A DNA stretch of 35,018 nucleotides from Eubacteriales bacterium (GCA_045644965.1 JAZRHW010000170.1:1-35018); one strand, 5' to 3'; numbered from the stretch's first letter, positions 14,241 through 23,920 are shown. Numbers and translations: made by a program. The notes: generated from the letters alone by a model not told the origin.

Positions 14241-14267
14241 CCCCCTGTGAAATAAGATCACAAGGGG
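14241..14267 (-). other. stem-loop upstream of the lipase gene, overlapping a possible TTGTGA-N18-TATATA promoter
   Basis: CCCCTGTGA-aataaga-TCACAAGGGG, a 9-bp stem with one bulge. No U-tract on either strand. Confidence 0.5.
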
Positions 14268-14282
14268 AATATAAGTGAAGCA

Positions 14283-14465
14283 TTAAGCCTCAAATCCATA
14301 TTTTTTCAGCACCGCAATAACCTCATCGGAAAGCACCTTTTTAAGCTGTCCCCACGGGAGCTTTGCAAGAGCATTTATAAGCACTTCCATATCGTCAGCT
14401 TTTTCGCCTTTTTCCTTAACACGCTTATTGTAAGCAATGATCTTTTCTCGGAGTTCTTTCTTCAT
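14283..14465 (-). CDS. hypothetical protein (60 aa, no TM segment)
   Basis: TAATG overlap with the upstream gene. Confidence 0.65.
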   Translation of the reverse strand: MKKELREKIIAYNKRVKEKGEKADDMEVLINALAKLPWGQLKKVLSDEVIAVLKKYGFEA

Positions 14466-14788
14466 TATTCGGTCACTCCTTCCAAAATCATATTGAGTGC
14501 TTCGGAGAGTTCATTGACTTGGTTAGAAATGCCGTTTGTGGTTGCATTGGGATCAAAGCCCACATCAACATCAAAGCCCAATACAGCCGTAATTTCAGCC
14601 TTCACCGCTGTTTTAATTTCGTTCACTCTCTTTGCGTAAGTGATGGCGGTGTCGGTGTCGGTGAGCATATTGCGGAGAATTTCTTTTTCTGCCCTCTCAC
14701 TGTACTCTGCACGAATACGCTTTTCTGCTTCCTTTTCAAAAAAGTCTTTTATTGCCCCGCACTTATAAAAAAGCATTATGTTTTTCAT
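14465..14788 (-). CDS. hypothetical protein (107 aa, no TM segment)
   Basis: ATGA overlap with the fibre gene stop. Confidence 0.7.
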   Translation of the reverse strand: MKNIMLFYKCGAIKDFFEKEAEKRIRAEYSERAEKEILRNMLTDTDTAITYAKRVNEIKTAVKAEITAVLGFDVDVGFDPNATTNGISNQVNELSEALNMILEGVTE

Positions 14789-16359
14789 TCACTCGCCCCC
14801 TTTGTAACAAAAACAACTTCACTCGGTACATCGTACTCATATTCATTCTTGAATGTCAGCGAACCACCGCCCTCAACCTCGATGTAATTATCCATCGAAA
14901 GAAGGTCGGAAATGTCGGTGACTTCGGGTGTAGCGAGTTCGTAATAAAGCATCACACCTGACATTGCGGTTTTGAAAGATGCGGTATCGGCATAGGTGCT
15001 ATCTGTTACAGTAATATCACCCGTTGTGCTGTAACCCATTATTGTTTTGTCGGGCATCTCATTCCAATTAGCGTTAGTATTTGTATATACGCTCGTCAGC
15101 AGATTATAAACTCCCGCTTTTTTATTCAAGCCATATACAGTAAACACTCCTTGATAGACACTCCAATTAAGTGTCCCCATATCCACCTTACCAACACGCT
15201 TCACAAATTGCTTTTTCTCAAAATCAATATAGTTATATGCCGATTCATTCACTCCATCACCATATCCGTCAAGAGCCTGAACCGCTTCGGGAATGGGTAT
15301 GGCAGTGATTAACTGTTTATAGGGGGTGTATTTGGGTGTGTCAGTAGATTCTACGATAAAGGGATAAATTGTTTCATCCACCGACTTATTAGCAGACACC
15401 TGATAATAAATCATCACTACGGTATAACCATTTGCCCACGCGAGAGATGTTGCATTAGGACTTGCACCACCTACCCATTTTGAAGTGCCGTTTGCATCTT
15501 TATACGCAACAATTACGCCCACTCCCAAAATATAAGTTTTGCCAACCTCAAAAATATTGCCGTTGTAAAAATTAAAACTTGTAGTGGTTGTCGCAGTACC
15601 CTTTACAGTAATAGAACCATCTCCGTTGTCGGTAAAAGTAACACCGCCTCGTGTCCCGCTTGTGTGAACATACGGGTACGGAAGAAGATTCGCCCCTACG
15701 CTCTTAACCTCTGTCACGGGAGCGGATCGGATTGTCTGTGTTACCGCATCCTTGTAAGTCATACCACCTATTTTTTTGATTTCCGCATAGGGTAATGCGT
15801 TTGAAGGTACATCTTTTACATATGCAACCGAATTATCCTCAACCTCTTGTGCAATGTCACCATAAACTGCTGATTCAAGCGTTGTAACACGCTTGCCGAT
15901 AGCGGTAATTTTATCGTCTTGCACTTCGACCTCGGCTGATGCGTTTACTATATCTTCCAAAACCCTTTGCATCTCAGTTATAAAGTCCTCTTTGTCGGGG
16001 ATCTCTTCAATAGCGTTTATACTTTTTTGTATATGATATTTCTTTTTAGAGCTTTTCCAAGTCTGCCCGTTTTCTGCTATCAAAACCGCCTGTGCTTTGA
16101 TTTCCCCATCATCGGTAAGCAGATAAGGATGAACATCATAAACCGCTACACCGTTTTCCATATTCAGCTTCGGAGTTCTCAGTTTCTCACCATTTGGCTT
16201 TTCAAAATCAAGATATACCGAGCAACCTGTAAACTTTTCAGGAATGGTTATCTCAAATCGTGAGGTATAGCCCTCACCTTCTCTACCAATTATATTAGTT
16301 GGGCATTCAAAGGTATGGTTGGCATCCGTACTAAGATTAACTAATATTTTATCTTCCAT
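14785..16359 (-). CDS. BppU-like baseplate upper / receptor-binding protein
   Basis: TAGGAGG RBS. The N-terminus ...DANHTFECPTNIIGREGEGYTSRFEITIPEKF...YLDFEKPNGEK resembles BppU_N, followed by a coiled stalk and a beta-rich C-terminal head. Confidence 0.6.
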   Translation of the reverse strand: MEDKILVNLSTDANHTFECPTNIIGREGEGYTSRFEITIPEKFTGCSVYLDFEKPNGEKLRTPKLNMENGVAVYDVHPYLLTDDGEIKAQAVLIAENGQTWKSSKKKYHIQKSINAIEEIPDKEDFITEMQRVLEDIVNASAEVEVQDDKITAIGKRVTTLESAVYGDIAQEVEDNSVAYVKDVPSNALPYAEIKKIGGMTYKDAVTQTIRSAPVTEVKSVGANLLPYPYVHTSGTRGGVTFTDNGDGSITVKGTATTTTSFNFYNGNIFEVGKTYILGVGVIVAYKDANGTSKWVGGASPNATSLAWANGYTVVMIYYQVSANKSVDETIYPFIVESTDTPKYTPYKQLITAIPIPEAVQALDGYGDGVNESAYNYIDFEKKQFVKRVGKVDMGTLNWSVYQGVFTVYGLNKKAGVYNLLTSVYTNTNANWNEMPDKTIMGYSTTGDITVTDSTYADTASFKTAMSGVMLYYELATPEVTDISDLLSMDNYIEVEGGGSLTFKNEYEYDVPSEVVFVTKGASE

Positions 16360-16367
16360 ATTTCCTC

Positions 16368-16652
16368 CTAATCAATTAACTCAAAATCTTGTATTCTATC
16401 AATGATCTCATCAACAAAAGAGTTGCCCTTTAGTTTCTTGTATCTGTCATAAGAATACATTATGCTTTGCAGTTGATAATGTGTGATCTTGCCACTTTCC
16501 TTGCAACGGTCATAAATATCCAAGATGTCATTTCTTAATGTGCATTTGGTTGATTTGTTAATGTTTTTTACAAATCCCCAAAGCACACCGATCTCTCCGA
16601 GGAATGCAGTAATAATCACCCAATATTCTTTTATAAATTCGAGAATTTCCAC
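16368..16652 (-). CDS. small membrane-anchored protein (one N-terminal TM); holin candidate by default
   Basis: TM segment YWVIITAFLGEIGVLWGFV. The track start at 16679 is TTG, whereas GTG at 16652 lies 7 nt after AAAGGAGG. Confidence 0.55.
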   Translation of the reverse strand: MEILEFIKEYWVIITAFLGEIGVLWGFVKNINKSTKCTLRNDILDIYDRCKESGKITHYQLQSIMYSYDRYKKLKGNSFVDEIIDRIQDFELID

Positions 16653-16665
16653 CGTCTCACCTCCT

Positions 16666-18618
16666 TTAACACAGTTCAATAATTGAATGCCTAATTGTTA
16701 CCGTGCTTGTGTGGTTGTTGGTTAATCTAAACTTCAACCCACCCACTGTATTTTCAATTGCACACGGAACAGAAGCTGAAGTGTTGTTATAATTCAATTC
16801 GGTGATTAGTGTACCAATACCGAAATATTGAGTGGATCTAAAGGCATAATATAACCTTGCTATCTCCAAATCTGCCCCCATTATTCTAATGTTCACTAAT
16901 GCTGTACCGTTAGCACCGCCATTCAAATCAAGCACTATTTCAACCGTTTGACCGCTTTCTGCTTGTATTGTATCTCTTGCGTGTGTTACCAATAGTCCGT
17001 CCAATTCAAGTGCTTTTTCCTTTGATGGTAGCTTATTTATTCCTACTGAATTTTTCTCAGTATCTATAAATAAAGGAAATACACCCTTTTCCAACCTATA
17101 TTCCTTGTCAAATTTAGATCCAAAAATATCAGTAACAACAACATTAAATATATAAATATTGTTTTTATCTAACGATAAGGTTTGTGTTGCTCTATCTCCT
17201 ATCGTTGCAAATGAACCATAAGAACCGCTTGACAGCCTATATCGGTATTGTATCGTCATAGTGTTTTTACCAAGTACACTTGACACCGAACCATCAACAG
17301 TTAAATATGTTTCATCTTCATAGTTATTCAACCTTCGCAGATCTACGGTAGCTTTGGGCATTTCGTAAGCAACCATTTTAACGGTAATAGTTTTTGAAGC
17401 TGATAAACCTCTGCTATCGTATGCTGTTAGCTTTAATTCAACATCTCTTGAACTATCAATTATGCCAAATTCATATGTTCCTGCATCATAACCGCCTTTG
17501 CTAATGCCGTTGCATTCAAGAATATAACTTGTTATGCCACCTGCCCCATAGTTTGCAGTTGCGGGATGAAAACGAGCTTGTAATATTGACTCATTCTGTA
17601 CTATCTGTGTGTTATCTCCCGTAACCGCAACAACCGCATCGTTTCCGTCAACGTAATCAAAAGCGTTTATTGTGGGTGTCTCATTACCTCTTATGCGGTA
17701 TGTGTTTCCCGTTTCCCTTAACATAATCGGTGTAACATCACTTGCAACCTCAACTTTATACTCACCGCTTTGTGAATTTGGTATGCTATTATACATAGCA
17801 TCCATACCACCGTTTTCATCGTTGACATTAAAACCTGTTAATTTCGTGTCCGTTGTTCTTCCTGCAAATATTTGTGAGCCATCACTTTTAGCGTATCCTA
17901 CTACACTTATTTGCCTACCCAACGGATTATAAAACTTTAATGTAAAGCTATCACCAATGATAAAGTCAGGGCTATCTATACAATGTGGATAATTATATGT
18001 TGACTGTGGATAAGTTGAACTGTCAGTTGTTATTTGGCTCGTTGTCATTCTAACACGCAGTTTGAACTGATATGTTGTGTTTGCGGTCAAACCGCTTACG
18101 ATATTAGTATTGGGTAATCCGTGCCAAGTCGCACCGTTATCGGTGGAATACCACGCATAATCGCAAGGCTGATCAACGGTGAAATTATATAAAACGCTTG
18201 TCTCGTCTATTTGGTTGACATTAAAACTCGTTATATTGACTTTTCTCGGTATTGTCGGCAATTCCCAAGATCCACTACCGCTACAATTTACCGCATAGGA
18301 ATATATTCCTGCTTCAACACTTGCACTAAATGATCTTGTACCATCATCGTTGTGATATATCTTCTTTTTACCACTCGCAATTACAGTTCCCGCATAAACA
18401 TCTATTCGTGTGCTTGAACTATAAACCGTTTCACCGTCTATAACTACTTTGAAATTACCGCAAGTGACATAACCACCTGCCCATCCTACACCGTACAAGC
18501 TCCAATATATTTCTTTGTAATTGCTTCCGATGTTTGTATTGTCAACCGACCAATCAAATTGTAATGCTCTACCTTCAGCAGATGTCGTTAAAAAACGACC
18601 CGAACTTACTTGTGCCAT
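16666..18618 (-). CDS. tail fibre / host-specificity protein (DUF859-like N-terminus, FN3 domain)
   Basis: AAGGAGGGG RBS. N-terminus GRALQFDWS...IYWSLYGVGWAGGYVTCGNFKVVIDGETVY. FN3-like segment ...WYSTDNGATW...LTANTTYQFKLRV. Confidence 0.65.
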   Translation of the reverse strand: MAQVSSGRFLTTSAEGRALQFDWSVDNTNIGSNYKEIYWSLYGVGWAGGYVTCGNFKVVIDGETVYSSSTRIDVYAGTVIASGKKKIYHNDDGTRSFSASVEAGIYSYAVNCSGSGSWELPTIPRKVNITSFNVNQIDETSVLYNFTVDQPCDYAWYSTDNGATWHGLPNTNIVSGLTANTTYQFKLRVRMTTSQITTDSSTYPQSTYNYPHCIDSPDFIIGDSFTLKFYNPLGRQISVVGYAKSDGSQIFAGRTTDTKLTGFNVNDENGGMDAMYNSIPNSQSGEYKVEVASDVTPIMLRETGNTYRIRGNETPTINAFDYVDGNDAVVAVTGDNTQIVQNESILQARFHPATANYGAGGITSYILECNGISKGGYDAGTYEFGIIDSSRDVELKLTAYDSRGLSASKTITVKMVAYEMPKATVDLRRLNNYEDETYLTVDGSVSSVLGKNTMTIQYRYRLSSGSYGSFATIGDRATQTLSLDKNNIYIFNVVVTDIFGSKFDKEYRLEKGVFPLFIDTEKNSVGINKLPSKEKALELDGLLVTHARDTIQAESGQTVEIVLDLNGGANGTALVNIRIMGADLEIARLYYAFRSTQYFGIGTLITELNYNNTSASVPCAIENTVGGLKFRLTNNHTSTVTIRHSIIELC

Positions 18619-18630
18619 ATATACCCCTCC

Positions 18631-20274
18631 TTAACCAATAGCGACAAAACCAACACCGACATTATCGCTTGTTGATACAGGAACAATTTTAATTTTTCCC
18701 GCTATCTTTATTTCATTTTCCACTTCAGCATTCTTCATACTAAACAGATCACCGTCTGCCCAATAAATTTTTGTACCGTTTTTGTTATACCCCGCAAATC
18801 CTACCTCTGCATTGAGCTTGACATAATCGCCATTTGTCGCATAAACAGTTAAGCCTGTCTTATCCATTAAAGCTGTCAGCCTGTTTGAATTATCGTACAA
18901 CTCAAATGTACCGCTTGCATTGTTTATACCGCCCAATTTAAGAATACCGCCTTTAATCAGCGATGCAGTTAAATTGATAACATTGATTTCTTGCATATTC
19001 AGCGTTCCATCAATAGCCCAAGCACTATTAAAAGTACCATATATGCCCGTCTTGCTAAAGCCAATGCCCGCACTGTTGATTCTCAAGCAATATAACGCTT
19101 CTTCTTTCGGCAGTCTATCAACTATCAATATCTCGTTGCCACTGTTTATTACATAACTTCCTGACAATACTGAGTTAATGCCCGATGTTGCTTTTTCAAG
19201 CTCTGCCTGTAATAATGTGTTATTGTCGGCAATCTTTTTGTCGCTATCCGCTTCAACTTTTGAAACAATTTCATTTGCGAAATTCTTAATTTTTTTCTTG
19301 AAGTTACCAAACTCTATTGCCGTGTATCTTCCTTTGAGAGCATCATATCTTACAGATATGACATTTGTGGAAATATCAACCTTACATTTGGGATGTTTTA
19401 CATAGATAATATCTCCAACATCGGAAACGTTATCCAACCTTGCTGAAACTGAATAGTTTACCTGTGGCATTTTGTTTGCCTCCAAGTAATTCAACGCTTC
19501 GCTGTGTAGCCATTCCTTAACCGTTGCTGTATATTTGGCTTCGGTATCAAAATTCTCCCTGTTGAAGCTATGCTCAAACTTAACCGCCCTTGTGTATGGA
19601 ATATCATATAAAGCTTCGCTTACTTCAACATAGGTTTCGTCTAATGTGATCTCTGTTTCTCCATCTGTGGTATAAGGCAGGAGCTTTGTGCAAACATTAT
19701 CCCAATTTTCCTCAATTTCAATATCGGTAATATTTTTGTTATATGCTAACACAACACCCCTGTCTTGCCCTATGCTTGACTTTATGCCAAAGGTATAATT
19801 ATCTCTTTCCCAATGCCCCGAATAGACATTTGCAAGCTTAGTAAACATCTCAAATAAGGAGTTTTTATCCGCTCTTGTTGTTGGTAATGTGGCAATATCG
19901 CTTATTACGGTAAAAGGGCTTTCCGTGTCGGTATTGTCATTATAGCGATTTAGAGCATCGTTACAGTTTTCTTTTTTCGCATTTGCTTCATTAATTATAT
20001 AGTTCTTGCTGTCATAGGACAAATGCCAAGCCTTGCAGGAGATCCTATTGTTTTGAATAATAGGATTATCACACCTAAAACCTTGAATACCCCACGGAGT
20101 TGTAACTCTAATTATCATCCCCTTTTGGTAGTATTCAAGATTATCAAGTGTATCTTCCAACTCAATTAAATAATCGCCATTATCAACCTTTAACACCTCT
20201 GCGAACAACGGTTTAAGGGCTTTTATGCCATTGTGATTAAATAGTCTTTCGGTTTCATCGTAAACTCTTATCAT
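18631..20274 (-). CDS. tail-associated lysin-like / prophage tail endopeptidase-family protein (Tal)
   Basis: MIRVYDETERLFNHNGIKAL... is the typical N-terminus. Sits downstream of Dit. ATG at 20274 overlaps the Dit stop as TGATG (the track start at 20283 is GTG). Confidence 0.7.
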   Translation of the reverse strand: MIRVYDETERLFNHNGIKALKPLFAEVLKVDNGDYLIELEDTLDNLEYYQKGMIIRVTTPWGIQGFRCDNPIIQNNRISCKAWHLSYDSKNYIINEANAKKENCNDALNRYNDNTDTESPFTVISDIATLPTTRADKNSLFEMFTKLANVYSGHWERDNYTFGIKSSIGQDRGVVLAYNKNITDIEIEENWDNVCTKLLPYTTDGETEITLDETYVEVSEALYDIPYTRAVKFEHSFNRENFDTEAKYTATVKEWLHSEALNYLEANKMPQVNYSVSARLDNVSDVGDIIYVKHPKCKVDISTNVISVRYDALKGRYTAIEFGNFKKKIKNFANEIVSKVEADSDKKIADNNTLLQAELEKATSGINSVLSGSYVINSGNEILIVDRLPKEEALYCLRINSAGIGFSKTGIYGTFNSAWAIDGTLNMQEINVINLTASLIKGGILKLGGINNASGTFELYDNSNRLTALMDKTGLTVYATNGDYVKLNAEVGFAGYNKNGTKIYWADGDLFSMKNAEVENEIKIAGKIKIVPVSTSDNVGVGFVAIG

Positions 20275-20969
20275 CACAACCACCTACTATATTTCCTTAT
20301 TTGTATGCTTTCAACCGCACCACTCCAAGCGAGTACATTATTGCCTTTTTCAAAGATAGGAAATTCACCGATCATATTCCTATTTTTCAGTGTATTTCCC
20401 CAATAGGCATCTTGCTTTTCGCTATCAAGAAATACGGTGTTTTCATCGCTCGGGAAGGTATATCGACATACCGCATTATCATTTACGCTCAGTTCAACCG
20501 TTCCTGATCCTGTAATTGTTATTAACGGCTTTGAAGTATGATTGCCGAGGTTTTCAACAATCATACTCTGTCTTTCGGAGGTCGCTTCACGGGGGACTTC
20601 TACACGGTTGTACTTAAAAGGCTGAACCCTGAAAGTTACATTTGCAACCTTATATCTCAATAGTCTCTCATAGTCTATATTTTTGATAATTCTTGCTATG
20701 TAATATTTATCAGGTTCATTGCTAAATACTATCTCACCGTTTCCTGTGAAAAATTCAATGATTTTATCAACCTCAGCACCGATTTTTAAGCCAATAGAAA
20801 TAGTTTTGTCATAGCTCTCATAGCCTAATTCCTCGATAATTGAGCCATCCACACCGTCAATTACCGTTTCTTCTACTCGCATATTCGGTTTTGTTATTGG
20901 AGGTAATTCACTAATCAAGAGCTCTTTTATATCTCTGCTATCTTTATTATTCCAAATAACATAATTCAT
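20274..20969 (-). CDS. distal tail protein (Dit, Sipho_tail family)
   Basis: Directly after the tape measure gene (TAATG overlap). Sequence NNKDSRDIKELLISELPPITKPNMRVEETVIDGVDGS. Confidence 0.75.
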   Translation of the reverse strand: MNYVIWNNKDSRDIKELLISELPPITKPNMRVEETVIDGVDGSIIEELGYESYDKTISIGLKIGAEVDKIIEFFTGNGEIVFSNEPDKYYIARIIKNIDYERLLRYKVANVTFRVQPFKYNRVEVPREATSERQSMIVENLGNHTSKPLITITGSGTVELSVNDNAVCRYTFPSDENTVFLDSEKQDAYWGNTLKNRNMIGEFPIFEKGNNVLAWSGAVESIQIRKYSRWL

Positions 20970-23233
20970 TAAGTATATACCTCCCTCTCAACCGTACTAA
21001 CGATAAACGCTCCCATTTCTCTATTATTCATTACCACTTTTACACCCTTCAATGCCTCCTTAAATGCAGTAACCATATAATCATAGTTAGAGCCATAAGA
21101 GGAGGATGTATTCATATTTACACTTGTATCAAATTCTGTCGGTATCGCTCCCTGCATATCCGCTGACACATCTGCCATTGTATCGCCAAAGCCTTCTCCA
21201 ACACCCAAAGCCAAGTTTTTACCGATTTCATCACTGAATAATTTTGATGGTGAATGAATACCAAAGAAATCTTTAATACTATCAACAACACCGCCAAAGA
21301 AGCCACTTATTTTGTCTCTCAGCCAAGCACCTGCATTACTGATACCGTTCCACAAGCCTTTAATGAGATTCAATCCAACTTCGCCAAGTTTTGAATAATA
21401 ATTACCTATTCCATTTATAAGGGAAGTAATTATTTGCGGTATGCTTGCCAACAACTGCGGTATAGCCTTGATAAGACCAACCGCCAATTTAACGGTCAGC
21501 TCAACACCCATTTCTATGAGCTTCGGGAGATTGTTTGTTATAGCCATTATCAACTTATTAATAATAACAGGGATTTTCTCTATCAACTGAGGTAAAGCCT
21601 CTAAAAGACCGTCTGCCAATGCGAAAATTAATTCAATACCTGTATCAATAATTAAATCAATATTATCAAGCAAAGTATCAACCAAATTTAAGACCGCATT
21701 AATTGCCAATGGGATCAATTCGGGAAGCATTGAGGCTATACCCTCAGCCAACGAAACGATCAACTGTATTCCCATTTGCAAAATCATAGGTAAATTCTCT
21801 AAAATCGCATTAACAAGCGTGCTTATCATTGACACCACAACGGGTACTAATGTAGGCAGTAATGTAACAATACCGTTAATCAATGTATTAAGTATTGTGC
21901 TTGCACTTTCTAACAGAGCGGGTAAATTCTCGTTTATACTGCCAACCAAATTAGTTATTAACTCTGTACCAATAACAACCACTTGCGGTAACAGTGTGTC
22001 CGTTAAGCTAACTACCATCGTCACAATACCGTCCAATGCTGTCTGTATTCTTGGCAACATATTATTGATGAAGCCACCTTCACCATCTTTGCCGACTATG
22101 CTCTCAACAAGGTTACCCACCAATACTTCAAAATTGGCATTATCATCAGCAATGCCCGTTATCAAGTTTTGCCACGCAGATTGCATTGAACCCGTTGAAC
22201 CCGAGATTGTTCCGCTTGCTTCCGATGCGGTTGTACCCATCAAGCCCATATTCTTTTGAACAACACTAATTGCATTCGCAATATTAGCAAAAGACATATC
22301 GCCTTCGGTAACGGTTATACCCAATTCCTTTTGTACATCGGTCATTTGGGATGCTTCCCTGATCAGCCTTTCCATTTCTTCTTTTGTACCGCCATAGCCA
22401 AGCTTCAGGTTATCAAGCATTGTGTAATTCTGCTTTGCAAAGCCTTGATAAGCATTCTGTATTGACGATATATCTGTACCCATCTTATTGGCATTGTCCG
22501 ACATATCAATAATAGCTCTATTTGCTACCTCGCTTGCCTTTTCAGTATCACCGTCCAATGAACTAATCAAGCTTGCAGAAAATGATGTAACAGTTTCCAT
22601 ATACTCATTTGCCGACATACCCGATGTTTTATAAGCATTACTTGCATATTCTTGTACTTTTGCAGAGCTATCTTTGAAAAGAGTATCAACACCGCCAACC
22701 AACTGCTCATACTGAGCGTATGATTGAACAGCTTGCTTGCCTATATCAATAAACGCAGAACCAACCGCACCGATAGCTTTACCAAGTCCTTTTATTCCCG
22801 ATATAATGCCTTCGCTTATAAGATTGCCCTTGATAATATCGCCAAGTTTCAATGCCTTTTCACCCGACTTGTCTAAATTACCGTGCTGATCCTTCAGCTC
22901 TTTGTTCATATCGTTTAATTCAGCTTCGGCATTATTTAACTGTACTTGCCACTTCTTTGTGGTATCGCTATTCTTTCCCGTTTCCTGTTCTGCCTGTGCC
23001 AATGCAGATTTTAATACCGCTATTTTGCTTTTCTGCTCTTCAATTTTCTTGTTCAGCACTTCGCTTGTTGCCTTCAGCTTTTGAGATGAATTATCGTTTT
23101 TGTCATATTGGGAAGTAACAACCTTCATCTCACTGTTAAGCACTTTGAGATTGTCCGTAATGCCCCTTAAAGCCTTTTGATATTCACTTTCGCCCGTCAG
23201 TTTGACTGAACCGCCAAAACTTTTACCTGCCAT
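20969..23233 (-). CDS. tape measure protein
   Basis: 754 aa. N-terminal coiled coil, a long run of hydrophobic LP.L...-type repeats, and the canonical position after the chaperone genes. Confidence 0.9.
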   Translation of the reverse strand: MAGKSFGGSVKLTGESEYQKALRGITDNLKVLNSEMKVVTSQYDKNDNSSQKLKATSEVLNKKIEEQKSKIAVLKSALAQAEQETGKNSDTTKKWQVQLNNAEAELNDMNKELKDQHGNLDKSGEKALKLGDIIKGNLISEGIISGIKGLGKAIGAVGSAFIDIGKQAVQSYAQYEQLVGGVDTLFKDSSAKVQEYASNAYKTSGMSANEYMETVTSFSASLISSLDGDTEKASEVANRAIIDMSDNANKMGTDISSIQNAYQGFAKQNYTMLDNLKLGYGGTKEEMERLIREASQMTDVQKELGITVTEGDMSFANIANAISVVQKNMGLMGTTASEASGTISGSTGSMQSAWQNLITGIADDNANFEVLVGNLVESIVGKDGEGGFINNMLPRIQTALDGIVTMVVSLTDTLLPQVVVIGTELITNLVGSINENLPALLESASTILNTLINGIVTLLPTLVPVVVSMISTLVNAILENLPMILQMGIQLIVSLAEGIASMLPELIPLAINAVLNLVDTLLDNIDLIIDTGIELIFALADGLLEALPQLIEKIPVIINKLIMAITNNLPKLIEMGVELTVKLAVGLIKAIPQLLASIPQIITSLINGIGNYYSKLGEVGLNLIKGLWNGISNAGAWLRDKISGFFGGVVDSIKDFFGIHSPSKLFSDEIGKNLALGVGEGFGDTMADVSADMQGAIPTEFDTSVNMNTSSSYGSNYDYMVTAFKEALKGVKVVMNNREMGAFIVSTVEREVYT

Positions 23234-23287
23234 TGTTGTATTCCTCCTTTCTTGATTTGTATTTATATAATTGTCCGAGAAAACCTA

Positions 23288-23868
23288 TCAATCGGGTAAA
23301 AATTCCCCTTCGTGATCTGCATATTCTTCTAATTCTCTATATGTTCTACCGCTTAAAGTAAAATCGTAATGATTTTTATAGTGTTTATACATTTTTAAGA
23401 GTTTTTTTAGTGTCATTCTACCGACCTCTTTATCTGTATATCCCAATAAGCAGTGTCCTACATATAAGATCCAAGAAAAATCTATCTCATCATCTTCGGT
23501 TTCTCGGATTACTCGTTTTTTCCTTCGTTATCTCCCGTGTTGGTGGATGCAACGGTAAGCTCCTGAATTTTCTTAGTGATCACCTCAAATCCTACCTCAG
23601 TAATCAATCTACCAACCTGCTTAGAGTTTACCATAGGTGCATTTGCACCCGTTTCCTCGTTCTCAATGTCGATAGCCTCATTGATCATCATCACAAGACC
23701 ATTTTTAAGATCTTTGATTTTAGGTTCTCCACCATCCGCATTCTCTACAATGCTACCCCAAACACTTAAACTACCGTATGCTTCCTGAATTTCCTCCATA
23801 ACATTAATGTTAAATACAATCGGGTATTTTCTGTTTTCGGCTTCAATATAAGTAATTTTGTTCTGCAT
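23288..23868 (-). CDS. tail assembly chaperone, -1 frameshift fusion product (G-T analogue)
   Basis: Slip at A_AAA_AAC, 1 codon before the G stop. The -1 frame stays open for 76 codons (RVIRETEDDEIDFSWILYVGHCLLGYTDKEVGRMTLKKLLKMYKHY...GEFLPD) to TGA at 23288..23290. Confidence 0.75.
23509..23868 (-). CDS. tail assembly chaperone (G analogue)
   Basis: ATG at 23868 with TAGGAGG RBS (the first 10 codons of the track ORF precede the RBS). Lies between the major tail and tape measure genes. Confidence 0.8.
   Translation of the reverse strand: MQNKITYIEAENRKYPIVFNINVMEEIQEAYGSLSVWGSIVENADGGEPKIKDLKNGLVMMINEAIDIENEETGANAPMVNSKQVGRLITEVGFEVITKKIQELTVASTNTGDNEGKNE
23515..23521 (-). promoter_or_regulatory. 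slippery heptamer A_AAA_AAC for a programmed -1 frameshift
   Basis: The minus strand reads GAA GGA AAA AAC GAG TAA. Confidence 0.75.
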
Positions 23869-23877
23869 ATTTCCTCC

Positions 23878-23909
23878 TAAAAGTAAAAGCGGGAGCAAAA
23901 ACCCCCGCT
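23878..23909 (-). terminator. intrinsic terminator/attenuator after the major tail protein gene
   Basis: The minus strand reads AGCGGGGGTTTTTGCTCCCGCT followed by TTTACTTTT. Confidence 0.7.
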
Positions 23910-23920
23910 ATTTTATTTTC

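Noticed and set aside
14232-14263. TTGTGA with TATAAT as a strong promoter for the lipase gene
   Set aside because: The spacer to TATAAT is 20 nt. Only the weaker TATATA hexamer has acceptable 18-nt spacing, so I kept this as a low-confidence possibility rather than a called promoter.
14785-18618. Diversity-generating retroelement targeting the two fibre/RBP genes
   Set aside because: There is no reverse transcriptase anywhere in the genome. I saw no template/variable repeat pair near the 3' ends of these genes.
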